NCBI GenBank assembly: GCA_964016885.1
Contig: OZ024741.1
Location: 6,634,001 to 6,698,000 of the forward strand
Direction: 5' to 3'
DNA: 64,000 nucleotides
Origin: Eledone cirrhosa
Lineage: Eukaryota
The notes beneath the pieces are model-generated. The model made no database searches, had not been told where the DNA came from, and saw only the letters and a program-made list of their open reading frames with translations. Positions 22,931-32,600 of this stretch are shown in pieces. Positions within the stretch are counted from its first letter, which is position 1, and each line of letters starts with the position of its first letter. The position numbers were made by a program, and so were the translations under genes.

Positions 22931-23351
22931 TACCTATCTTCCGGCCTTTCTAGAGAATCGTAAAAGCACATATCGTTATATGCTTTTTCTATGAAAATTA
23001 ATAGTGGGCAGACTAATTTGCATAGAGCGTGAGTACGTACCGGTTCAGCGGAGACGATAAAAACAAATAACGAAACGAAATTAAATTTCGTTTCGTTTGT
23101 AACTCACTTTTGTATGACTGACGCTTAAACAATTAAGTTAGAAATGTACATCCACATATGTATACTGAAATACTAGTATGCATATGAATACACACACGTG
23201 TACATATGTAGATGTACCGAGTTTTTCACTGGACACTTTACTGTGAGTGTCCAGCTATTCTGTATGTAAACACACAGACAAACCGGTTTTTAGAGTCATA
23301 CTGGTTTTCGAGGAAACACCTTTCCTCTATTCTCCAGAAAGCCAGACAAGG

Positions 23352-23396
23352 AATATTGGACTAGTTTCGATGTTGTTACATCTCATCAGCAATATT
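23352..23396 (-). ncRNA. Minimal type I hammerhead ribozyme (copy 2)
   Basis: Identical to 22886-22930, shifted by 466 bp. Confidence 0.88.
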
Positions 23397-23604
23397 TACC
23401 TATCTTCCGGCCTTTCTAGAGAATCGTAAAAGCACATATCGTTATATGCTTTTTCTATGAAAATTAATAGTGGGCAGACTAATTTGCATAGAGCGTGAGT
23501 ACTTGCGTGAGTACTTGCCTCCTGGTGTAGATGACCTGTCTAACCCATGCAAGCATGGAAAATTGGACACTAAGCTGATGACGATATATATATGCATATA
23601 TGTA

Positions 23605-23865
23605 TCATCATCATCATCATCGTTTAACGTCCATCTTCCACGCTGGCATGGGTTTGGACGGGAATTTTCCCACTTGAGGCAAGATTGGTTGTCTTGCTCG
23701 CATAGGACTGTCTGGCGGGTTTTCTACGGCTGGATGCCCTTCTAACACCAACCACTGTAAATGAGATTGGTGTTAGGAAGGGCATCCAGCTGTAGAAATC
23801 AAGCCAGAATCAGTTCCCGTCCCACCCTTGCAAGCAGGGAAAAAGCGGACGTAAAATGAAATGAT
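23605..23865. mobile_element. Two truncated RTE-tailed elements fused head-to-head (about 23605-23755 on -, about 23755-23865 on +)
   Basis: Orientation switches at ..AACACCAACCACTGTAAATGAGATTGGTGTTAGG.., and each half ends in its own tail. Confidence 0.75.
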
Positions 23866-24580
23866 CATCCAACGGAGCATGCATGCTTCGTTCCTTTCCA
23901 GTCTGCGCAGGTCCTCTGCACGTAATGCCCATGTCTCACTGCCATGTAGCATTGTTGTTCGTATACAAGCATCATACAATCTGCTTTTCATTTTTAGAGA
24001 GAAACCTTTTGTGGCCAACTGCGGTATAAGCTCTCTGAACTTTTTCCATCCCGTTCTGACTCTGGCTACTGTACTTTCAGAACACCCTCCACCACTGCTG
24101 ATTTCGTCACCCAGGTAACAGAAAGTATCTACTATTTCTATAGAACCATCTGGGCAATAGAAGGACACTTGCTACCTATTGCACCTGAGCATCGGCCACA
24201 TATAAAGTCTACGTTCTTAGATAGTTTACATGTGATCCCACTACATCTTTTATGTACCCATACTTTGCATTTGGGACATAAAATTGAATTTCTGCCTACT
24301 CCTTTCCTACACACTGAGCATGGCCATTTCCCTGAGGGTACCTGTGCCTTATTTTCCTTTCTACAAACTAGGACTTTAGTCTTAGCTTAGACAAGTTAAC
24401 TTTAAGGCCTTTTGATTCTAGGCCATGCTTCCATGTTTGGAATTTCTTCTCTAGTTCAGCCATTGATTCAGCTATGAGCATTAGATCATCTGCATATAGG
24501 AGTTCTCATGGGCAGCCGGTCTTGAACTCCTCTGTTATAGCCGGAAGGGCAATAATAAATAGGAGGGGGCTAAGGACAGA
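23865..24580 (-). mobile_element. RTE LINE fragment, same subfamily as 1-570
   Basis: 24012-24580 aligns closely by eye with 1-570. Peptides FCYLGDEIS, GWKKFRELIP and LHGSETW. Confidence 0.9.
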
Positions 24581-24900
24581 TACATATATATATATAAATA
24601 CATATATATATATATATACAGTTCTAGTCCTGTAGAAGCTCTTCTATATTACATATACACATACACACACAGATACACAGATGCACATATACACATACAC
24701 ACACAGATACATACACACACACACATATATATATATATATACATACATATACGCATACAAATGCACACACATATACATATATACACATACATATACATAT
24801 ACACGCACGCACACACACATTCTCATGCATACACAGGCACACACACATATATACGTGTATATATATATATATATATATAGGTGCGTGTGTGAATGTGTTT
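24581..24900. repeat. Compound (TA)n/(CA)n microsatellite
   Basis: Visible low-complexity dinucleotide tract. Confidence 0.9.
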
Positions 24901-25111
24901 GTCGACACCTGGAATTTATATTAAGAAACTTCACTATATGGGGTTCACCCCAACACTTGAATCTGTTGATGGAACCTTTTCTGCCTTTGTCACCCTCATT
25001 TTAGCCTTAATGAATTAGCTTTTAATGAATCCCCTTTCTTTAAATCCTTCAACCAATCACCACCCTCTCCTACCACCAGATAAGGAAAGACATAAATACT
25101 ACCATATACTT

Positions 25112-25160
25112 GCTTCCTGATGATTTCTCACGAATGAAACAGTTCTAGTCCTGTAGAAGC
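25112..25160 (+). ncRNA. Type I hammerhead-like motif, possibly degenerate
   Basis: GCUUC-CUGAUGA-UUUC-ucac-GAAU-GAA-ACAG-uucuaguc-CUGU-A^GAAGC. Stems I and III pair, but stem II has a U.U mismatch at its base. Confidence 0.6.
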
Positions 25161-25297
25161 TCTTCTATATTAAAACTTTTATATTCTGCTATGTATTGAG
25201 TACCATACTTACTGTGGTTACCTCTGATTCAACCCAGAATAACTTATATATATATATATATGTGGAAGATGGATGTTAAATGATGATGATGATATAT

Positions 25298-25614
25298 ATC
25301 ATCATCATCATTTTACGTCCACTTTTCCTTGCTTGCAAGGGTGGGATGGGAACTGATTCTGGCTTGATTTCTAACACCAACCTCATTTACAGTGAGTGCT
25401 GGGTGCTTTTTTTCTGTGGCACCTCCACGACCACTTTGCAGTGGAATGATAGGGACCTCAGTACCTATCATCTCATTTCTACAGCTGAGTAAACTGGAGC
25501 AATGTGAAATAAAGTACCTTGCTCAAGGAAACAACACATCACCCGGTCTGAGAATTGAACTCACAACCTTTTGATTGCAAGGCCAATGCTCTAACCACTA
25601 AACCATGTACCTCC
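25298..25614 (-). mobile_element. tRNA-headed, RTE-tailed SINE (family B) with small internal deletion
   Basis: Nearly collinear with 17659-18005. Confidence 0.9.
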
Positions 25615-25615
25615 A

Positions 25616-27140
25616 TATCATCATCATCATCATCATCACCGTTTTACGTCCGTTCTTCCACGCTAGCATGGGTTAGACGGGTTGTCCTGTTGTGTGCAGT
25701 GTCTGGTCGGCTGACCATGCCTTGCTCATACAGGAACTGATCTGGCTTGATTTCTACAGCTGGATGCCCTTCCTAACACCAACCTCATTTACAGTGAGTG
25801 CTGGGTGCTTTTTCGTGGCGCCTACACGTCCACTTTACAGTGTGGGCTGGGTGCTTTTTTGCCGTGGCACCTCCACGACCACCTTGCGGTGGGGGGTGTG
25901 GAGGCATATTGTTTATATGCTTCAGCATGTACCCATGGGAGGTCGGGTACTCTGTATTACTGCGTGACGCGAGAAGTCACGGTCGTGTGTCATTGTCTTT
26001 GAGAGGTGTAATTGGGTAAGGTCGGCTTTTATCACCTCATCCCAGGTCATCTTGGGTCTCCCCACTCCGCGGTTTCCATCAACTTCTAGTGCTCTGCACC
26101 TTTTTATGCAGCTGTCATCCTTCATACGTGTCACATGTCCATACCAGCGCAACCGCCTCTCCTGCACACAGCATTTGATTCCTCTTATGCTCAGTCTCTC
26201 TCTCAATTCATTTATGCTTTGTCGTGCACGTATATTACTGTTACACATCCATCGGAGCATGCAGGCTTCGTTTCTCTCTAATCTACGTAAGTCTTCCACC
26301 TTCAGCGCCCAGGTCTCACTACCATGCAACATCGCTGTTCGGATACACGCATCATACAGTCTGCCTTTCATTCTGAGGGAGAAGCCTTTTGCAGCTAGCA
26401 GTGGTAGTAGTTCCCTAAACTTCTTCCATCCCGTTCTTACCCTAGTTATTGTACTTTCTGAACACCCACCTCCGTTGCTAATTCGGTCACCTAGGTAGCA
26501 GAAGCTGTCTACTGTTTCTACAGGGCCCTCCCAGAGATTGGTGGTACTTGTTTCCTGTGGCTGTTTGCTGCTTGCTGTTTCAGCACAGCTGCTGCATGTG
26601 AATCCTACATTCTTAATTAAGCTTCCTGAGATCCCGCTACATCTCTTGTGTACCCATTGTTTGCATTTGGGGCAGAGAATGGAGTTCCTACCTACACCTT
26701 TCCTACATACTGAGCAAGGCCATTTCCCTGAGGGGATCTGGGTTCTGTTTTCTCGTCTACTTACAAGGACCTTAGTCTTTGTCATGTTGACTTTGAGACC
26801 CTTTCTTTCTAGTCCCTGCTTCCAGGTTTGGAATTTATTCTCTAGTTCTACCATAGATTCAGCTATGAGTGCAAGGTCATCAGCATACAGGAGTTCCCAT
26901 GGGCATCCGGTCTTAAACTCCTCCGTTATTGCCTGCAGGACTATGATGAACAGGAGAGGGCTAAGAACAGAGCCCTGGTGGACCTCAACCTGTACGCTAA
27001 ATTCCTCGCTATACTCATTGCTAATCCTAACTTTGCTGACTGCTCCTCTATACATGGCTTGTACCGCTTTCACAAGCCATTCATCTACTCCTAGTTTTCT
27101 AAGAGCCCACCAGATTACAACACGTGGAACTCTGTCAAAG
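25616..27140 (-). mobile_element. 5'-truncated RTE LINE with an uninterrupted ~400-codon RT/C-terminal frame and composite 3' UTR
   Basis: ORF 25922..27175 runs FDRVPR..HQGSVLSPLLF..YADD..FCYLG..RLRWYGHV without stops. 25616-25900 is the module plus (GAT)n tail. Confidence 0.92.
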
Positions 27141-27907
27141 GTATATATATATAATGAGGTTATAATGTATTTCACTATTTTCTTTGGTAAGATAAGCTCA
27201 ATGCACTTTACTGCCCTTCTGGAGCAATAAACTGGATGATGAAGATATCTTCTTGTTCAGGGCAGTTTCAGGTAGCAGAGCATTCAAAATTGCAAGTAAA
27301 CCAAAGATAAGAAATTATTATTTATTCATACGAACTTTTTTCTATATTATTTATTCTACGAACTTTTCAATGCGGCTAGAATGTCACATCCATTAGCAGA
27401 GCAACAACTGGAGATTACTAGTTAACAATTATCTCCATTGTGGGTGCTTCATCCCAACCATATATATATAGTAATAATAAATACAAAGACCAAAACCTGT
27501 AGAGCAAATATTTATTTTTAGTACAGGTTAAAAGCTTTTGCAATTAATTACTGCTTTCACCCTAAACGAGATCTGAAAGTGAGAAAAATCAATCTTTAGA
27601 CACAGAAATAAATATTTAAAAAAAAATTACAACCAAATATTGCCTTTAGAAGACAGAAAGACATAACAGTAGTGTGTGAAGATGTTCTCTTGAGATGGGC
27701 GAAATATATGCAAGGATAATTATGTCATTATGTGGAGCGAGAAGAACAATTTCTTTCTAGGAAAAAATCAGGCAACTAATGTTCTTTTTAGAATAGCCGA
27801 GTGATTTCCTGCTACCATATATGGAAAATGAAGTTAAAAGTAAAATGATTAAACATATATACTGAAGGTATTAAATATTGAGCCTAAATCCCAAAACATT
27901 ACTTTTG

Positions 27908-28090
27908 CGGTTGACTGGCAGAATCGGCAGAGCGTCCGACAACATGATTGCAGTATAGAGTTATGGCCCTTTATGTTCTGAGTTCAAATCCCGCTGAGGT
28001 TAGCTTTGCTTTCATCCTTACGGGGTCGATTTAATCGACTTTCCCCTCCCTTTCAAATTGCTGGCCTTGTGCCTAAAGTAGAAACAATTA
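27908..28090 (+). mobile_element. SINE family A copy
   Basis: TGGCAGAATCGG, GTTCAAATCCC and TTTCATCCTTACGGGGTCGAT. Confidence 0.8.
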
Positions 28091-28189
28091 TTACTTTTAC
28101 TCTCATTAATTTAATGAATTAACGAAGTTTTTAATTAAAAAGCTGATATTTAGAACATTACTTGAGATATTTCTCAAATAAAATTATAA

Positions 28190-28615
28190 TGTTGACAACA
28201 AAGGGTTTCTCCCTACGAACGAAAGGCCAGTTATATGATGCCTGTATGAGATGCGCGATGCTGCATTGTAGTGAGACATGCGCAGCAACTGCGGAGGATA
28301 TGCGATGGCTGGAGAGAAATGAAGCAAACATGCTCCGATGGATATGTGTGAACGAGCAAGCATAGATGAGTTGAGAGAGAAACTGGGTTTAAGCGGGATA
28401 AGTTGTGGTGTGCAGGAGAGAAAACTGAGATGGTATGGACATGTGATGACCGCTGGGTAAAGAAGTGCCAAGAAACCCCAGTAGATTGAAGACCACGAAA
28501 AACATAGGTGGAGGTGGTGAGAGCAGACCTCAGATAGCTGAAGCTCACAGAGGAGATGACTAGGGACGGTGACGAATGGAAAGATGCTGTGCTGAATAGG
28601 ACCCGTCCCACCCTT
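28190..28615 (+). mobile_element. RTE LINE 3' fragment
   Basis: Closely parallels 18980-19415 (KGFSLRTKGQLYDAC..LERNEA). Confidence 0.85.
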
Positions 28616-28774
28616 GAATTTGTGTATTTTATCATGACACCAACACTACCACTTTACAGAGTGTACTGGGTGTATTATATAAGAATTATAGTGTTTCAAA
28701 TTGTTGACTATAACAATCTAAATGGGAGTAATTGATACCTTTGAAGTAACTTGACTGATTAGCAACTTTAGTGT

Positions 28775-29068
28775 GTAAATAATAATTGTTTCCACTTTTG
28801 GCACAAGGCCAGCAATTATGTCAGTACTGGTACTTTATTTTATCGACCCCGTAAGGATGAAAGGCAAAGTTAACCTCGGTGGGATTTGAACTTAGACCGT
28901 AAAGGGACGTAACTATGCCAGAAAGCATGGCGTTCGACCCTCTACTGATACTGCCAATTCACCGGTAAATAATAATTGTTTCTACTTTTGGCACAAGGCC
29001 AGCATTACCTCAGTACGTTACTGGTACTTCATTTTATCGACCCCGTAAGGATGAAAGGCAAAGTTAAA
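28775..29068 (-). mobile_element. SINE family A copy plus a tandem partial duplicate
   Basis: GTAAATAATAATTGTTTC..GGCACAAGGCCAGCA..TATCGACCCCGTAAGGATGAAAGGCAAAGTTAA occurs twice. Confidence 0.8.
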
Positions 29069-29211
29069 ACAACAATAATTTAATGACAAAGTTACTCTCG
29101 GTAGAATATATCAACAGTCAAGGTTACTCTCATTATAGGTTTGTTACGGTAGAATATATCAAAAATATATATATTTCTAATTTATTCAGTGTAGCTTATA
29201 GTTTTACCATA

Positions 29212-29400
29212 ATGAGAGAGACAGAGACAGACAGAATGAGAGAGAGAGCCAGGCAGAAGCAGGAAGAAAGAAAGAGAGGGCGAGAGAGGAGCAGGAAGAG
29301 AGAAGAAACAGATACAGAGAAACAGAAGCAGGAAGAAAAACAGATACAGAGAAACAGAAGCAGGAAGAGAAACAGAGAGAGAGAGATAAAGAGAGTAAAA
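29212..29400. repeat. Purine-rich (AG) low-complexity tract with an internal ~33-bp duplication
   Basis: AAACAGATACAGAGAAACAGAAGCAGGAAGA occurs twice within AG-rich sequence. Confidence 0.8.
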
Positions 29401-29417
29401 TATAGATAAATGTAACA

Positions 29418-29490
29418 CACTTCCGGTAACTCTCTAGTCAACGGAAGTGCGCGAGATTCAAACGTCAGTTTGGTGAAAAACGCGAAACTG
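29418..29490 (+). promoter_or_regulatory. Candidate housekeeping-type promoter with paired inverted ETS sites
   Basis: CACTTCCGGT (29418-29427) and ACGGAAGTG (29441-29449), plus GCGCGAGA and a local CpG cluster in otherwise CpG-poor DNA. Confidence 0.55.
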
Positions 29491-29592
29491 ATTTCTTTCT
29501 TATTTTTATTTATTTATCAGAGAGGACAACAACAACATCAATAACAGTTATTAGCTTTCTTTCTATCTCAGAGAAACTCGTAGAACTGTCAG
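29460..29592 (+). other. Putative non-coding first exon of an unidentified downstream gene (start approximate)
   Basis: Unique ATG-less sequence after the ETS motifs, ending at donor-like CAG|GTTTGT (GT at 29593). Confidence 0.4.
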
Positions 29593-29632
29593 GTTTGTAT
29601 CTATATATTATTACTAGAAATATTAACATTAA

Positions 29633-32600
29633 TGGTTGTGAGGTTCCTAGCAGTTGTTAGTTGTATTTATTATATGTATATATAGTTGTGAGGTTCCTAG
29701 CAGTTGTTAGTTGTATTTATGATACGTATATATAGTTGTTAGGTTCCTATCAGTTGTTAGTTGTATTTATTATATGTATTTATAGGTGTGAGGTTCCTAG
29801 CAGTTGTTAGTTGTATTTATATGTATATATAGTTGTGAGGCTCCTAGCAGTTGTTAGTTGTATTTATTATATGTATATATAGATGTGAGGTTCCTTGCAG
29901 TTGTTAGTTGTATTTATTATATGTATATATAGTTGGGAGGTTCCTAGCAGTTGTTAGTTGTATTTATTATATGTATATATAGTTGTGAGGTTCCTAGCAG
30001 TTGTTAGTTGTATTTATTATATGTATTTATAGTTGTGAGGTTCCTAGCAGTTGTTAGTTGTATTTATTATATGTATATATAGTTGTGAGGTTCCTAGCAG
30101 TTGTTAGTTGTATTCATTTTATGTATATATAGTTGTGAGGCTCCTAGCAGTTGTTAGTTGTATTTATTATATGTATTTATAGTTGTGAGGCTCCTAGCAG
30201 TTAGTTGTATTTATTATATATATATATATGGTTGTGAGGTTCCTAGCAGTTGTTAGTTGTATTTATGATACGTATATATAGTTGTTAGGTTCCTATCAGT
30301 TGTTAGTTGTATTTATTATATGTATTTATAGTTGTGAGGTTCCTAGCAGATGTCAGTTGTATTTATTATATGTATATATAGTTGTGAGGTTCCTAGCAGT
30401 TGTTAGTTGTATTTATTATATGTATTTATAATTGGGAGGTTCCTAGCAGTTGTTAGTTGTGTTTATTATATGTATCTATAGTTGTGAGGTTCCTAGCAGT
30501 TGTTAGTTGTATTTATTATATGTATATATAGATGTGAGGTTCCTAGCAGTTGTTAGTTGTATTTATTATATGTATATATGGTTGTGAGCCTCCTAGCAGT
30601 TGTTAGTTGTATTATATGTATATATAGTTGTGTGGTTCCTAGCAGTTGTTAGTTGTATTTATTATATGTATATATAGTTGTGAGGTTCCTAGCAGTTGTT
30701 AGTTGTATTTATTATATGTATATATAGATGTGAGGTTCCTTGCAGTTGTTAGTTGTATTTATTATATGTATATATAGATGTGAGGCTCCTAGCAGTTGTT
30801 AGTTGTATTTATTATATGTATATATAGTTGTGAGGTTCCTAGCAGTTGTTAGTTGTATTTATTATATGTATATATAGATGTGAGGTTCCTTGCAGTTGTT
30901 AGTTGTATTTATTATATGTATATATAGATGTGAGGTTCCTTGCAGTTGTTAGTTGTATTTATTATATGTATATATAGTTGTGAGGTTCCTAGCAGTTGTT
31001 AGTTGTATTTATTATATGTATATATAGTTGTGAGGTTCCTAGCAGTTGTTAGTTGTATTTATTATATGTATTTATAGTTGTGAGGTTCCTGTCAGTTGTT
31101 AGTTGTATTTATTATATGTATTTATAGTTGTGAGGTTCCTGTCAGTTGTTAGTTGTATTTATTATATGTATTTATAGTTGTGAGGTTCCTTTCAGTTGTT
31201 AGTTGTATTTATTATATGTATATATAGTTGTGAGGTTCTTAGCAGTTGTTAGTTGTATTTATTATATGTATATATAGTTGTGAGGTTCTTAGCAGTTGTT
31301 AGTTGTATTTATTATATGTATATATAGTTGGGAGGTTCCTAGCAGTTGTTAGTTTTATTTATTATATGTATATATAGTTGTGAGGTTCCTAGCAGTTGTT
31401 AGTTGTATTTATTATATGTATATATAGTTGTGAAGTTCCTAGCAGTTGTTAGTTGTATTTATTATATGAATATATAGTTGTGAGGTTCCTAGCAGTTGTT
31501 AGTTGTATTTATTATATGTATATATAGTTGTGAGGTTCCTAGCAGTTGTTAGTTTTATTTATTATATGTATATATAGTTGTGAGGTTCCTAGCAGTTGTT
31601 AGTTGTATTTATTATATGTATTTATAGTTGTGTGGTTCCTAGCTGTTTTTACTTGTATTTATTATGTATATATGGTTGTGAGGCTCCTAGCAGTTGTTAG
31701 TTGTATTTATTATATGTATATATAGTTGTGAAGTTCCTAGCTGTTCTTAGTTGTATTTATTATATGTATATATAGTTGGGAGGTTCCTAGCAGTTGTTAG
31801 TTTTATTTATTATATGTATATATAGTTGTGAGGTTCCTAGCAGTTGTTAGTTGTATTTATGATACGTATATATAGTTGTTAGGTTCCTATCAGTTGTTAG
31901 TTGTATTTATTATATGTATTTATAGTTGTGAGGTTCCTAGCAGATGTCAGTTGTATTTATTATATGTATATATAGTTGTGAGGTTCCTAGCAGTTGTTAG
32001 TTGTATTTATTATATGTATTTATAATTGGGAGGTTCCTAGCAGTTGTTAGTTGTGTTTATTATATGTATCTATAGTTGTGAGGTTCCTAGCAGTTGTTAG
32101 TTGTATTTATTATATGTATATATAGATGTGAGGTTCCTAGCAGTTGTTAGTTGTATTTATTATATGTATATATGGTTGTGAGCCTCCTAGCAGTTAGTTG
32201 TATTATATGTATATATAGTTGTGTGGTTCCTAGCAGTTGTTAGTTGTATTTATTATATGTATATATAGTTGTGAGGTTCCTAGCAGTTGTTAGTTGTATT
32301 TATTATATGTATATATAGTTGTGAGGTTCCTAGCAGTTGTTAGTTTTATTTATTATATGTATATATAGTTGTGAGGTTCCTAGCAGTTGTTAGTTGTATT
32401 TATTATATGTATATATAGTTGTGAGGTTCCTAGCAGTTGTTAGTTGTATTTATTACATGTATTTATAGTTGGGAGGTTCCTAGCAGTTGTTAGTTGTGTT
32501 TATTATATGTATATATAGTTGTGAGGTTCCTAGCAGTTTTTAGTTGTATTTATCATATGTATATATAGTTGTGAGGTTCCTAGCAGTTGTTAGTTGTATT

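Larger units (their letters stand above)
22663..23502 (-). mobile_element. Retrozyme-like / Penelope-type non-coding element: two 374-bp direct repeats (22663-23036, 23129-23502), period 466 bp
   Basis: Copies are near-identical (one G/A difference seen by eye). Each has a hammerhead core. The 92-bp spacer is CpG-rich, and the element abuts a (TA)n tract. Confidence 0.8.

Noticed and set aside
22781-23429. Duplicated 60-aa ORFs in the direct repeats
   Set aside because: Non-ATG starts, short, no recognisable motif, and antisense to the ribozymes.
22663-23502. LTR pair / TRIM interpretation
   Set aside because: No TG..CA termini, PBS, polypurine tract or target-site duplication seen. The hammerhead-bearing tandem unit fits better.
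24624-25004. ORFs rich in YI/CV/HT
   Set aside because: Translations of a (CA)/(TA) microsatellite.
27140-27450. Unique-looking sequence that might be an exon of another gene
   Set aside because: No convincing open frame bounded by splice sites or recognisable peptide found by eye.
29083-29441. R/E/K-rich and S/L/F-rich ORFs
   Set aside because: Translations of an AG low-complexity tract.
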